Shown here piece after piece: positions 39,731 to 54,101 of a DNA stretch of 64,000 nt. The DNA is from Octopus sinensis (taxonomy: Eukaryota). The notes under the pieces are model-generated. The model was not told the DNA's origin, searched no databases, and was given only the letters and a program-made list of their open reading frames with translations. Position numbers and translations under genes: made by a program. Positions within the stretch are counted from its first letter, which is position 1, and each line of letters opens with the position of its first letter. The DNA lies in NCBI RefSeq assembly GCF_006345805.1, contig NC_042997.1, positions 94,674,001 to 94,738,000 of the forward strand, written 5' to 3'.

Positions 39731-39813
39731 AATAATATATAGTCTATTGACTATTCTTTCCTTCTCACTAGCGGAGAATTTTTCTAAAACTATTTTTGCT
39801 ACCCTAAGATTTA

Positions 39814-39845
<32 letters not shown>

Positions 39846-39885
39846 GCATATACACACAACCGCATACATACATTACATACATACA

Positions 39886-42800
39886 TGGTGGTTGTTTATT
39901 CCTTGTAGCAATTTTGACCACCTCCTATACGTACACCTCAGTATGATCATAGCATCTGATGTGGCTTTTTAAACCAGACAATGTTCTGAAAAGACACCCA
40001 CATAGATTGCACCTCAGATTTGGATCACCAATACCGGCAGATAAGTTCTGCTCTTTATGGATCTTAACATGTCTTTTGAGGCTGCCGTTGGCTTTGCAAA
40101 CCTTGTGGCATACACAACAGTCAAAGGTGTGCACAGACATTTAGTCAGAATAGTTGGTGGACGTTCATTTTCCATGCGTTCGCATATGAGATTTGAGGCC
40201 ACCCAAAAACAGGCATAGTGAACGCAAAAAGATCATTGTCATTCACCTTCCCAATCGTTACATTCTTCTTTAGATCTAGTTAGGGTTTTACCTGCGTTAT
40301 CCCCGCTCTTCAAATGATTTTATTCCACTCCACACCTTTTGTTCGCCATCCAAGTCAATCCGAAGCAAGGGTTTCTATATCTTCTGGAACCATTCCAAGT
40401 GACAACATAGTAGTCCTTACGCCGTCCTTAAACTCTATTTTGGTTTACGCCGATAGCGTTTCCCCTCTGCTAGCTCAACGTAAAACAGCTGTTTCGGCAT
40501 GCGTTCATCTGCCATTCGAACAATATGGCCACACCATCTCAACTGGTTCCTCAAAATCATAGCTTTAATTGAGGTGATGCCTGCAGATGCAAGGACATCT
40601 GTGTTTGGAGTAAAAGAACGACATTTAATTTTTAAAATGCGAAGAAGACATATTTGGTAGAATTGTTCTAACACTTTAAAATACCTTTCATAAAAAGCCC
40701 AAGTTTCACAGAAATATAACAGGGATGGTAAAGCGCCAGCTTTTTTATTCATATTTATGTGTCGCTGGAACCAAACACGTGACTACAAGCCACCAAATGC
40801 TTTTGCTTCCCTTTGAATTCACAGCTGTATTTCTGTATCAAGCTTTCCATCATTTTGAACAGAGTTTCCAAGGTAGACGAACGAATCGACAACCTCAAGT
40901 AACTTTGCCTTAACAAACTTTTAGTGGGTTGATAAACATCGCCACACGCAGGCTGAAGTATTGCAACTGTTTTTTGCAAGTTGATGGTCAAGCCAAGATC
41001 ATCACAAGCTGAGTCAAATGCATATACAAGAGATTGCAGACCTGTTTCTGAATGCCTGAAAAGATCACAATCATCAGCATAAAATAGTTCCCAAATGAGT
41101 GAAGTAAAAACATTATTTTGAATTTCAGTTTTGGTCAGATTAAAAACATTCCCTGGTGTTCGATATTTTAAGTAAATATTCTCCTCAGAGTTTTGAAAAT
41201 CATGTGACAACACAACAGCAAAGTATATTGCAAAGAGGGTGGGTGCATTGCTTTACTCCATTTTCCACAGCAAAAGATTCAGTGAGCCTACCACCAAAAT
41301 TAACTCTAGCTTTCATATTTTGATGCAAAGCCTTGACCATGTTTACAAATTTTTCTGGGAAACCTATTTTCTTTACAATTAGCCACAGAGCATTTAGATT
41401 AACAGTAACGAATGCTTTGCGCAAATCAACAAAGCAATGGTATTGAGCAAGATTCTGTTCAATGCACTTTTCTTGTAATTGTCTGACAGTAAAGATACAA
41501 TCAGCTGTACCCGTGGAGGGATGAAAACCACACTAAGACTCAGACACTATATTTGGAACTATAAAGGTATTTAAACGTTCTCACAAAATGGAGGCAAGTA
41601 CCTTTCCAACCATAGACAAAAGCGAAATCCCACGAAAATTACCACGCAGATCCTTCGGCCCCGATTTATACAAGGAGATTAAAATAGCACCAATCCAGTC
41701 TTGAGGCACTTTCTCAGTTCTCCAACAGTGACAAATTAATATAGTTAAGAGTTCAAACATTTTGTCACCCCCATATTTCAAGACTTCTGCACAAATTCCA
41801 TCGGACCCTGGAAACATTGTTATTCAGCTTATTCACAGCTAAATATATGTCATTGAGAGTTGGTTCAAACGCTATCTCTTCTATACCTGGAAGATGTTCA
41901 ATTTTATCTATCGTCCTCATGTCAACGGATGATGGTCTGTCCAAAAGTGCCAAAAAATGTTCTACGCAATAGAATAGAAGCGGTGTCAGTCAGAAGAAAA
42001 CGTCCATTTACTGTTCTCACGAGCTATTGAGGAAGATTTTGGGCCATATAACGCCTTAACATAAGAGTACAAACCCTTGGGATAATTTCTATCAGCTGCT
42101 GCTTGTGCCCCTTTTGTTCTATCATTCCACCATTCCTGTTTAATTTTGCTTAGAGCAGTCTGCACTTTCCTTTTCAGTTTTCTGTAAGTTTCGTTTGAGT
42201 AGGGATTCAAGGACAGATGAAGAATTATATTGCGTAAATTTTGTTTTTCTAAAAGTAGATCATGGATTTCTGCTGATCTATCTGAGAACCAATCATTGGA
42301 TTTATTTGATTTAAATCCCACTGAGGAACTTGCAGCCTGAAATACTTTTGTTTTGAAATCTTCCCATAGATTATTTGGGTCAAGATTGATACTTTCTAAA
42401 GCACTGTGGAATCTTTGCAAGTTGCTTGGTAATTTAAAGTTTGCAACATTTAACCTTTTGGGTACCTTAGGACCAGACGGTCGATTTTTAGACATTATCG
42501 AAAAATCTATTTTTCCACGCACTAGATGATGGGCAGCCCAGCTCTCTGCCCCTCTCATGACTCGAACGCTAGAAACGTGCTTTATATCACGTTTCCTGAT
42601 CAGAATGATCTATGGGATGCCAGTGCTTAGATCTTCGGTGCATCCAAGTGGGTTTATATTTATTTTTTCTGCTTAAACAGAGTGTTGGTGACAACCAGAT
42701 TATTCTCAGTACAAGACGCCAAAAGAGCTACTTCATTTTTATTGCATTTTCCAATCCATTGTCGACCTAAAGCAGGCCATGAAACATAGCCTTTCCAAGT

Positions 42801-43080
42801 CTTGCATTGAAATCTCCCAATATGACCAGCTTGTCAGAAATTGGCACTCTCGTCAATAATCGTCCTCGATCGTCATAAAACTGTCCTACAGTTTCATCAT
42901 AATGGGATATTGTTGGTGCATAAATACTGACAACGGTAAGAAACCAACCTTTTGTCAGTTTAATACAGCATGACATGATCCGTTCAGATATTCTACTTGG
43001 AAGCTCTACGATGGAAGATACTAAGGTATTCTTGAGAGCAAATCCAAAAGATACTATATCCATGAATAGGTTCATTTACT
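39886..43080 (-). mobile_element. Near full-length degenerate RTE-clade LINE (APE, RT and two C2H2-type fingers)
   Basis: VSIYAPT, LVILGDFNAR, HPRSKHWH, PGSDGICAE, NFRGISLLSMVGK, GVKQ, ELFYADD, LLYFCETW, QLRWCGH, CCVCHKVC...LKRHVKIH and CNLCGCLFRTLSGLKSH. Many frameshifts. Confidence 0.93.
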
Positions 43081-43569
43081 TGATCCTCACCAGAGGATCA
43101 ATATCTGTTTAGTATGGCAGAACACCCAGCTGGGAATGTCTGTCGTATGTAAATATTGCTAATAATATCTACCTGATACATATTGTAGAATGCTAAACAA
43201 AGTAATTGCAAACCTTCATAACATTCTATATTATATATTCAATAATGAAACATTTGATATAGTTTTCAATTAACATTATAGCATTATAAAACAAAAGAAG
43301 AGTTCATTATTATGTTGTTTTCTATGATTTATTCCCCAAGTATCACACCTCCCTAATTAAAACAGACGCCTCCAACACTTCATTTTCGGTAAAAGCGAAA
43401 GGCAAAAAACCCACAAAAAAAAACACGAAATGAAAAAATCAATGTCACTCCACTACTGTTATATCAAAATTCTATGTGCGACTATGCATATTCTACATAT
43501 ATATTTTTATCTGTTTTAGTCATTAGACTGTGGTAATGCTGGGGTAGGACATGAATAATTTTAGTCGAA

Positions 43570-44980
43570 CGAATTGAACCCGGTATTTATTGGCAGACGT
43601 AAAAGGTGGAAACGTAAAAACACAGGTAGCAGGTACAGCCGCAAAATTCGAAGAGGGAGGTATTTTCCAATTCATCAACAGAAAATGATCGATAAGTATA
43701 CATCCGCTGAAAATTTAAGATCTGGAATTCAGCAGTGAAGCGGAATTTTTAAATCTGAAAAGGATCTGAAGTCATTCAGTCACGCGTTAGACTTTAAACC
43801 CTATACGTGGTTAGTTAACTTAGTAGCTTTACTTTTGCACCTGTACCCAAAAGAAGATAAGTGATTATCATAGCGGTTTTTGACGTAGCTAGCAAACTTA
43901 ATCGCTTTACTTTTGTCCCTGTGCAGGAAGGAAGATATGTGGTTAGAAGAGCGATTTTTGAAGTCACCTTCACATAACCCTATCCAACATTTCTTTTCGG
44001 TTATGTTACCATATTGCGTGGCTTCATCTTTTGCCTCATATATGATGGATTTAATAATGCACCCCAGGTTGAATAGACGAGTTCCTGGGTTTTGACAGTT
44101 TCAACCAGGGGTAAAATGTTGATGGGTCTGTGTGCAGGGATGCTCTTCATATTGGGTAAGCAGCTATATGATAATTTAACTGAGCCGCTGTTGAATATTT
44201 TTCTGTACTTGTGATTTATAGGAAAATGTTTATATAAGAGGGACAGCAATTATTTACCTTTGTTGGTTTTAACATTTAGGTAAAAAGAGAGGGCGAACCA
44301 AATTATCATCTATGTAGAGGTATAAAAATCTATAATATTGAACTGAGTAGAAATAGCTTGTGATTATTAAACCCAGTGCTGACTGAAATCAAGTTAGCAG
44401 CTTAAAAAATACTAAGAAATATTAATATGAAATTTAGAGACCACTAGGCTACAATAATGGTATAATAGCAATAAAGTAATAGGTTGGTTTAAGAACTTAA
44501 AAGGTAAGCATAGAGCTAGATTTACGGAGTTCAATATTACAGATTTTTATCCTCTATAACGAGGTCGCTGTTCTATAAGGCGATTGATTTTACCAAATCA
44601 TATGTTAATAAAGATCGTATAAAAACCAGAATATTTCATGCATGCGAGAGAAACACCCCTATTTAGGAAGAGCTCAGCTTGTGTTAGAAAAATCCGACAC
44701 TGATGAATTGTGCAATATATCGATGGGGCCATATGGCAAAACTAACATCTGCGAGCTTGTAGGTCTCTTTATTTAAACACATTGAAATACAAGTTACTAT
44801 CCCACGACGTTGGACTATACCGAGATGTCGGATTGGGTATTTCTCATTGCTGTGACGTTCAGATACTAGATAAATTTAGAAACATCTCACCAACACCTTT
44901 AGTCAATTAGCTTTTTAAGATCACAGTCACTACTAATCTGTTAAACGGTGAATTTTTAGATGTTTCTCAATATGTAAATT
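43570..44980. mobile_element. Penelope-like element (YRDD-type RT, C-terminal GIY-YIG) with an inverted 5' part
   Basis: Plus strand 44340-44980: WFKNLKGKHRARFTEFNITDFYP, ISMGPYGKTNICELVGLF, GLYRDVGL, FLDV. Minus strand from 44320 down: IIWF, LLYKHFPINHKYRKIFNSGSVKLSYSCLPNM, SIIYEA, WIGLCEGDFKNR. Confidence 0.88.
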
Positions 44981-45287
44981 CTAATCATGGATCAGTCTGA
45001 CTTCAATTCATTCACCGTAATTTTTCTAATACTTTGACTATGATACTTTCAAATGTAAGCTGCATCTCTTTTTGAAAATATACAGATTTATATCAATGTC
45101 GGAAGTTAAAACTGTGGTTATATCATATATTTCAGCAATTGAACTCCTTTTTCGGCAAGAAGAGACTGGTCTGAACAGATTATGACATTTATGCAAATTA
45201 GGAAAACCAATTTGGTCTTATCCATGGTTCAGCATCATTATCTTTTATACTTTAAACTCCAGCTCTACTGGGACAACGCCATGAAGA

Positions 45288-46164
45288 TACAAGCTGGTAT
45301 CAAGTAGTTCCCAGACTAGTTATGCTTAACACAAAATGACTTATTTACCTAAGTATTTACATCATCTCCTTTGAAATACTCACCTTGAGTAGTAATACAC
45401 CGGTCCCAGCATTCCTGCCACTTTTAAAATCCGTCCTGGAAGTCGTTTTCCGATTTGAGGACCTTCTCCGACTCGCTCTGGGTCTCGACAATGGTATTAA
45501 AACCGTTGCCTTTGGGTTGCATTTTCATCTTGGGGAAGAGATGGAAGTTTGCAGATGCTAAATCAGTCAAATATGGCAGATGCGAAAACGATGCCATATT
45601 GTTTTGGGCGAGAAACACACGAATGAGAAGAGCTTGGTGACAAGCTGCATTGTCGTCTTGAATGCTTCACGCTTCAGAGATCCAGTCGATTTCACCGTAT
45701 GTCTTCCCTCAAATGCTTCAAAACGTTATTGTCCTCCGACGATTCCTCCACATATCCGGGAGTGAAGCACATGACACACCTTCCAGACCATTCATCATCT
45801 TCCAGGAAAGTCCTTCTGCTTTTGGAGCGCCCGTGTCAGTTAAAACATTGAATACAATCCATTGCCTGTCGCCATAAGCTTGCGGAAGTATGCTCAATGT
45901 CTCTGTAGCAGACTTCCCAAGTTTAACGCAAAATTTCGCGTTGGTTTTTCCGTTTATTTTTGTTTCAAATTCCTGTCCATGAAAAAAGATCGCAGACAAC
46001 GGCATACAAGTGATCACAAAAACACAAATTTCACAACTGGAGAAGTAAAAAGAGCGATGTCATTCAGCACACTACTTCATGAAGGTTATTGCTAGCTCTC
46101 ACTGCGCACACTTCTGTTGGCGCACTATAGAACTCGTTCGTTAACGTTTTGATACCACCTCGTA
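45288..46164 (-). mobile_element. Internally deleted mariner (DD34D-like) element with TA-flanked TIRs
   Basis: TIRs tacaagctggtatcaagtagtt and (reverse complement) tacgaggtggtatcaaaacgtt. Encodes KFCVKLGKSATETLSILPQAYGD and DNAACHQ...HLPYLTDLASANFHLFPKMK. Confidence 0.9.
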
Positions 46165-47689
46165 TCTAGTCGAACGATACAATCCTAGTAAAGACCTGGT
46201 ACTTACTCTATCGAACTCTTGTTCGCCAAAGCTAAGTTGTTTAAGCTTTGGTGGACAAATAAGCTCGAAGACACACACACACACAAACACACACACAAAC
46301 ACACACATACACATATACACACACATACACGCCTACACATGCACACAATATTACGGTCTTCTTTCACTTTCTCTTTACGGAATCAACTTATGAGTCTTTG
46401 GTCGGCCCGACATTTTAATTAGATCTGTACTACTACTTCCTTTATTCGGTGAAAGTTGTGTTTTCTTTGTGCTATAAATTCGTAAATCGAACAGAATATA
46501 ATTATATTCACCATTTTTTTGTTGTATGTAAATAAAAGCCTATATTATAAAGTCGCTGTATACTTTTCAAAGAAAGCTTAAACTGTATGATTTTTAAATG
46601 ACATACCTTATATTGCAATTTATCCAAAGATACACTGGGTAATGTAATATATACTAATTAATCCGTCGGTACTTTCAAAGTTACACACGTTAAACAAAAA
46701 TAATTACCTCTATGCGAGGCTAAGTACATTGCAAATACCTGCATGCTACAAATCTTTCTTTTCACAAATGATTTATCATGTTTCGCCGCATAAACTCCAA
46801 CGAAATTCGAGAAAAGTGAGACTAATACAATTTTCTCTATGGCAACATAAAAAAGTAGTATAACGAGATTGTTTACTTCTCAGGTCATAAAGCAGTAAGT
46901 ATATTAATTATAAAATTTCGAATTATTCTAAACAACTAAGCATGTATCTAGATTGAGAGAAAGCATCTTATATGATATTGCATAAAATGTAATATATTAT
47001 ATCTAAGCTATTTGTTTTGCTTTTTTTTCTTTCAGTTGTTTCAATCATTGGCTACGGCCATGCTGGAGTAGCGCTTTGAAAATCTTTGAACTGAATTGTC
47101 TTCAATTCAAAATACCGATAAAAATTCTAAAATCGGAGAATTTTAAGAAACCAGTTTGGTATTCTGTTAAGGACAGTTAAGTAGACGGAAGCGGATAGTG
47201 TATAGATGTAAGGATAAATGTATATGCGTGTCAGGATGTGAGTATATTTGAGGGGTGGGTGTATTGTATGCGTATACATATATGTGTGTGTGCATATATA
47301 TATATATATATATAAGTATGTGTGTGTATGTACGAACGTATATAGGTGTGTATGAAGGTATGAGTGTCTCGCTTAAATATTTTAAATCATCCATTAAATA
47401 TTATACAAAATATATATTACAGTTCGTTATATATTAGTAGAACATATCTTCCCTTGAAAATTGGCTTGATTTTATTTGTCTCTTTTCACATCACTGCATA
47501 AATACGAAGTTTACAAATAATCAATACAATACCAATATATCACTAACAGAAGCAGAATACTCACTGTTATGGCGCTCACACATCTTCAGTCATATTGAAA
47601 TACTGAATCTGTTTATTTGAATTTGATTGAAATATAAGTCAAAACGTGTAAGGATGCTGCTGCTCAGAGTGTCTCGGTTAGTTTCACAT

Positions 47690-47853
47690 TTTGGCACAAG
47701 GTCATGAATTTCGGCTGCTACTTATTTTATCTACCCCGAAATGATGAAAGGCAAAGTCGACCCCAGAAGAATTTGAACTCAAATCGTAAAGATGGACAAA
47801 GAGTCGCTAAGCAGTCTGCCCGACGTGGTAACTGTCTTGCCAACACACCGCCT
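47690..47853 (-). mobile_element. Old, partly deleted copy of the tRNA-derived SINE
   Basis: tacttattttatctaccccgaaatgatgaaaggcaaagtcgacccc...atttgaactc...cgctaagca...caccgcc. Confidence 0.8.
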
Positions 47854-49389
47854 ATAATGCGTTAGCATATTAATGTCATTGTCCTCTAAGAGCCAATAGT
47901 TACATTCGCAGATCATCCTCCATTTTGCATTGATTTTTCATTTCTATTTTATTTCTATGAGTTTTTTCGTGGATTAAAATTGTAGCGTATAAAAAGGGAC
48001 ACGAAATCTGTTATATTTTGTGATAGTAGTTGCTAAAGCATAATGTCATTATACCCTAAAACAACAACCTGAAGACATAGCAAATGTTGCATTATCAGAT
48101 ATGTCAAGGTATTTTAACATGATCTTATAGGAAATGGAAAATATTTAGGTTAACCCTTGAGACAGAATTACAATGAAACGGCACAGATTGCTTACACGTC
48201 AACTACATCGTTTTTTGTTACGCATGTGAATGTATTGAAAGGTAAAACATAAACAACAAAAAAATCGAGATCTTTTTTAGATTGCTCGGAAGTCAATTGA
48301 AATTCCAAATGAAATTCAATACCACTTATTCAACATGATATAATCTTCGGATATATTTTAAAATCGTTCGACTTTTCGGCAATCAAGCATGTAGAGATAT
48401 TGGAAAACGTGATGTGTCTTGTGTTCGTGCATGTTTATATTTGCATTTAACTATAGAGACGTCAAAAATTAAGAGACATCTTCAAAACGTACATTTCCGG
48501 ATGCGAATGAACACGTTAAAATGATAGAATGAAATCAGTTTGTTTACAGACACTGCAGCTATTGTAATAGGAGTAGTCATTGAAATTTTATAATAATGAG
48601 ATTCTAAGGTGTGTATACAATATATTTATTGCTGTCTCAGCCCCTACCTTAAATAAACTGTTTACGATACTCACTTCACATTAAATGCAATTTTATACGT
48701 ATACATACGTACGTACATACATAATACATACACGCACACATATCTACACTCACATACGCACGCAAACGCAGATATACATAAAGATCCCTGCATACGAAGA
48801 CGCACACTTAAAGCTATATATGTGTGCGTGTGTGCGTACTATATATATCTATATATATATATACAGACACACAGACACACATACACACATATATATGCTT
48901 ATGAAATATAAGAGAAAGAAAATAGAATTCACAAACTTCTTTATTATTCACCATGACCATTTCGGCCCATCGTGCCCCACTGCCTCGCGGGTGAGATGCT
49001 GTGATGCATCGTAGCTGCAGATGTCATCTTAGATCGCGTGTCATAATGTACCTGTTTTCAATCTCCGTTTCACTTATTTCGATTACATTTTGATTACATT
49101 TCGATTACATTCACTTATTTCGAGTACATTTTGGTAGTTGTAGCTCGGTATCAAGATTCTCTTGTAGATAAATAGTGAATAACTTGAATTAGGACTTTTT
49201 GTTAATTTAAATGTTACTAGCGTTAAGAAATTTTGGCGAAAATTGTGGATCACGCTATGGAAAGGAACATAAAACTTTGCTGACGACAATCTGAAGTATA
49301 TTTCAGTAAAGAAGGTTACATTTTTTCCTTTGGTTTACAACATAAAAGACAGGCAAAGCGATGTCAAATAGTAGAAACGTCCTCACCTA

Positions 49390-51480
49390 AAATCGAAATT
49401 TTGGAAATATCCAGAAATCTTCGTCGACATAGACAAGACCGGCAAACTATATATTAATTCCGGGTGTGTACCTCTGGATACATACCGGGAATTGATCCTT
49501 AAGCAACTGCACAAGGACTGCCAGATTGTACCAGACGCTGTCCTGGGGGATATCAACCTCAAGATTCGTGACCACGTCTTTACATTTAGTTCAGGAGATA
49601 CAACTGAACTTTCCATACCTCGCCACCTCATATTAACATAAATGACCATAAGGAAACTTTTACTGTGAACCCTTCCATTCACCTCATCTGCCTCGCAAGC
49701 TCTGATATAGGTAAGATTAGCAAAGTTATATTAGATAGTGTTCTACCATAATTCCATGCTAAGATTACACCTATGGACTAACACTATCGAGGCCATCCAA
49801 TGGTTTAAATCCTTAAGCCTCAAACATATATATAAATGAATTCAGGTAGATATAGACAAGTATTATTCCAGCGTATTTTCCTATCATTCTTAACAAAGTT
49901 CCCATATTTGCAATGAAACATTCGAAGCTTACTCGAGATGATATTGATATTATCCTGGCAGCCTGTTATAACTGCTGTTATAAAATTCGATGGAAAATAC
50001 TGGGCCCGTAAAAGGCAACCTTGACTGTTTCGACATCAACTGAGGGCGAGCAAGTCGGTTCAAGTTGCCGATCTTGTTGGTTCTTATCTGCTCCATGTTT
50101 TCCGGGACCAATTCTCTACTATTTCTGGTGGTCTATATAGGGACGATGCTCTATTTGCAATCCAGAACTCTAGTAACAGCTAAATAGAACAACTTAGGAA
50201 AAGATTCAGATAATTTTTTTTAACATGGGCCTTAGTGTCTCTTTCAGTTACAGTATTAAAAAAACTAATTTCCTATATGTCACTCTAGATTCATAAAGCA
50301 ACACATTCTACCCGTCCCATAAACACAGTGAGAACACTAGTTAGGTTAACTTTTCCTATAATCATCACCTCGCCCATATGTCCTAAAATTCAACGTGGAC
50401 AGCGTATCTTTCAGGATCTCATCCCTATCTGCCATTAAAGAAATATTCGAACAATACGCTGAATATTATGACTAAGCCGTAGACGCGCGTGGCATACGAA
50501 TCCAATCGAATACATCCTTATCCAGAGAAATCCTCTTTCACTAAACCCGGCACCACGGATACATCTGCTTCTTTAGATAAAACACAAAGTATCCCCCATA
50601 TTCCAATGTCCTCCTGTACCTCCAAATTTTACCGTAGTAGCAAACCTAATAGGTACTCCTCCCACTCTGTCATCCTGGATCCGAAATTCGCCGAAATCCA
50701 CACCAGCGAGCAGCTCCATACCCCAAGTTATACTCGGGTGACCCACTAAATCAGAATGAACGGGCCAGGACACGCGGCGTTTCCTGAGTCCACCCATTTG
50801 CCCTTAGTGTTTAGACCAGAGTATCCAAGCTCTTCTTTTCCCTACTTGAGAGATATTTCTGCAAGTCCAGTTCTTTTAGAAAAATGTTCAAACTCCAATC
50901 CACTAAATTTTCCTACTGCTCCACAACTAACTTTGTCGGCATAAGCCAACGTCAGAACAATTAGAAACTTGGGAGCCGGCAATTAGTTAACTGTAATCTC
51001 AGTAATAAAACTCACCTTTACCTCCAACCCCCCACCAATAACCCTAGAACATCCTTAAACCTCCTTACTACCACTCGGTGGTTTGCACTCATTTTCGATC
51101 AAATCTTCTGCCAGTTAACTTGGGATACTTTGACGACAATGTGACCTTCATTTAACTAAGGTAACTTTGGCTTGATAAGTAGCTAGTGGAGTGTCCCTCG
51201 TTGAGCAGTTCTGCTAACTAGAAAACATGTGTAACTTGGATTTTTACCTGCTCCATTCTCTCAATTTTTGAGTTTTATTAGAATACATAGCAACCCTAGT
51301 TACTAGGCATGAACTATAAAACTTATTTTCAATTCATCGATCTTCGATATGGGAAGATTTTACAACCATCTACGTCAATAAACCACTACTGTTCCTGAAA
51401 GTTGTTTTGTATCCATTATGCAGACTGCTCGAAGCTTACTAACTCCCTAAACCCGGGCCCTTGGATCTCACTTTTACAAA
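49390..51480 (+). mobile_element. Degenerate Penelope-like element (YRDD-type RT)
   Basis: IFVDIDKTGKLY, NDHKETFTVNPSIHLICLASSDIGKISKVILD, WTNTIEAIQWFKSL, QVDIDKYY, QVADLVGSYLL, GGLYRDDAL, NFLYVTLD and LLERYFCKSSSFRKMF. Ends at (TA)n. Confidence 0.88.
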
Positions 51481-51504
51481 TCATTATATATATATATATT
51501 ATAT

Positions 51505-51538
<34 letters not shown>

Positions 51539-51588
51539 GACATATGTGTGTGTGTGTGCGCGGGCGGGCGGGCGGGCGTGTGTGTAGA

Positions 51589-51935
51589 GGCGCAATGCCC
51601 CAGTGGTTAGGGAAGCGGACTCGCGGTCATAGGATCGCGGTTTCGATTCCCAGATCGAGCCTTGTGTTTATTGAGCGAAAACACTTAAAGTTCCAAGAAG
51701 GTCCGGCAGGGGTTAGTGGTGACCTCTTCTGTACTCTTTCACCTCAACTTTCTCTCACCTTTTCTTCCTGTTTCTGCTGTACCTGTATTTCAAAAGGCCA
51801 GCCTTGTCAGTCACTGTGTCTCGCCTGTATCTCCCCGAGAACTATATTAAGGGTACACGTTTCTGCCCAGCCACTTTCACGTTAATTTCACGAGCAGGCT
51901 GTTCCTTTGAATGCATCGTAACCGACGGAGTGCCA
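51589..51935 (+). mobile_element. tRNA-derived SINE of a third family, in microsatellite context
   Basis: Head ggcgcaatgccccagtggttaggg (A-box-like) ... ggtttcgattccc (B-box-like), followed by a non-tRNA body. Confidence 0.8.
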
Positions 51936-51937
51936 TA

Positions 51938-52007
<70 letters not shown>

Positions 52008-52991
52008 GTATCTATCTGTCTACGCCTATATGTATGTATGTATGTCTATATGTATGTATGTATGTATGGACTCTCTGGCATTTGATGCATGAAAGCCGAA
52101 GAATTTTACTTTCTCCCGCTTCTCTCTTACTCTTCTGGGATGACCTTGATAAGAAGTGGAGTAAGCAAATACCTTGGACAATCCAAACCGTGATTTGTAT
52201 AAAGAATCAACGGCTTGTGTGGGACCATTCACATTTTCTGTACTGCTGTTAGCAACCGTTGGTGCAAGTGTGCTACGAGACTGATGAAGGATCTTGTTTT
52301 TCATCCCATAGGGTGTCCAATAAATACCTTCCTCACCAAAAATCTTGGTGGAGTTGCCTGTTTATTCACTGATGGTCTAACTGTGCGATAAGTTGTATTG
52401 GGTCAGGACTAGTGGACGACCTGACATTATATATGTGTATGTGTGTGTGTGTGTTTGTGTTTGTGTGTGTGTGTGTTTGTGTTTTTGTGTGTGTGTGTTT
52501 GTGTTTGTGTGTGTGTGAGAGCGTATTTTCAGTATGCCCAATTATTTTCAAAAGGAAATGATTTCGTCCACGCTTTTTTCAGTTATAACAGTATCTTTGG
52601 TAAAACGTGAAAATGTTGATATAATGATTTAATCAATGATCGTTTTTAATTGTTCATGATTACCGGTTTAAATAGAAAAGTTTCTAAAAAGAAAATTCCA
52701 GAGTTATTTCTTTTTTTGTTGTTTGGTAAATCATTAATTTTTGTTTGTAATTAAACTATAAATTCTAATTATATATATATCAGAAACAGATTGCATTATA
52801 AGTCTAGCGAACAAAACTGTTGCAATAATATCAATAAATCCATACCATATCAATGAGTCTTGTAAGACCATATTTCATACTAAGTTAAATAATAGAAACC
52901 TTTTAATATTTTGGTGCGACCAAATATAGTGCCTATCACTTATCAGCAGATATTGATAGAAACATATTGTATTTTGATGGATTGTGCCCAC

Positions 52992-53048
52992 GAGGAGTTT
53001 ATATGCTCTCAGCAAGCGACTGATGTGCTGAATTTCTTTTAAAGCCAG
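52992..53048 (-). CDS. Candidate 57-nt exon (LALKEIQHISRLLRAYKLL)
   Basis: Acceptor tgttgctgttccag; phase 0 in matches 54028-54101. Donor gtgggc is weak. Confidence 0.5.
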
Positions 53049-54027
53049 CTGGAACAGCAACATTTTCTCGACAATAAAATGATACATTCAATTGGCATTG
53101 AAGTACAAGAAGAAATAATTGATATTTTAGAAGGAAATATAGGCCTATTATAGTCACTTAGAAAATTAAATATTATTTTCGTTTTAGACTCAACGATGTA
53201 TTATCATCTGTACTCATATAAATATTAAAAGAAGACACATGCATATCTTACTCCATAGTTTATTGATTGTGATTTTATAAACTACGTTAGTGGACAAATA
53301 TAAAATATATCGACTATCTCCCAATTATTGCCTGGGACTTTCGTTCCCTATTGTCTGAAAAATGTAATTAGCCTATTTGCTTCCATTTTTTTGTTCGGAA
53401 ACACTGCTCAATTATACGTTCTAAGATTTTATACCGTGTTTGTATATTGATATCCTGCATATATATCAAGCATAAAAGTGCTACATTGATTATTTTCACA
53501 ATACGTTTCTTGTATAATTAACCAATTTGTGTGCTGCTAAAATCTGGTGTTAATCGTCCAAAGGCAAAGATCAATTAGTCGAGTTAGTTGTGGTTCTAAT
53601 TAACTTAAACTCTTCAGCGTCTTTGAATTAATGTAATTTAAATAGCAAATAATACAGACAGAGCGTTTTAGCTTACCGTGTCAATTTCGTTAATGAAAAC
53701 TAAAAGTTGAATAATGCAGAAAATTATAAAATAAATGAATATATAACAAGAAAGCTTAATTATATGCAAATATAATAAAGGGTATTAATAATATGGCTTT
53801 CTTTCACGGCTATAAATTTTTATTGACATTGCAGAAAAACAGTAAGTTTTAAAAATCAATATGTTCAGTGCTTGATTAAAAGGAACACGTAATATCGATT
53901 ACCTAATAACATTTCAACCCTGTCGGCAGGAATAAAGTGAGCAAACACGTTTTGGTGGCTTAACAATATATCCTTATTGTAAATAGTGTTGTCCAACGCT
54001 AAATATAATATAACAGTTAGCCCTTAC

Positions 54028-54101
54028 GCAGCCATCTGGCAATGGTTGCATACAATTATTATTTATCTGCCTCAGAATATTTGACGCCTTCGTCAGTAGG
54101 T
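54028..54101 (-). CDS. Candidate 74-nt exon ((D)LLTKASNILRQINNNCMQPLPDGC)
   Basis: Strong acceptor gttttctgtttctttccag and donor gtaagg. Only one frame is open (phase 1 in, 0 out), and it fits both neighbours. Confidence 0.65.

Noticed and set aside
47565-47608. Minus-strand segment with a cag acceptor and strong gtgagt donor
   Set aside because: It has stop codons in all three frames, so it is not a coding exon.
49069-49133. Short tandem (tt)tcgattacatt / tcacttatttcga repeats
   Set aside because: A local slippage duplication with no further structure.
49390-51480. In-frame TGA codons in PLE remnants as possible selenocysteine recoding
   Set aside because: TAA and TAG stops and frameshifts are also present and no SECIS element was recognised, so this is ordinary decay.
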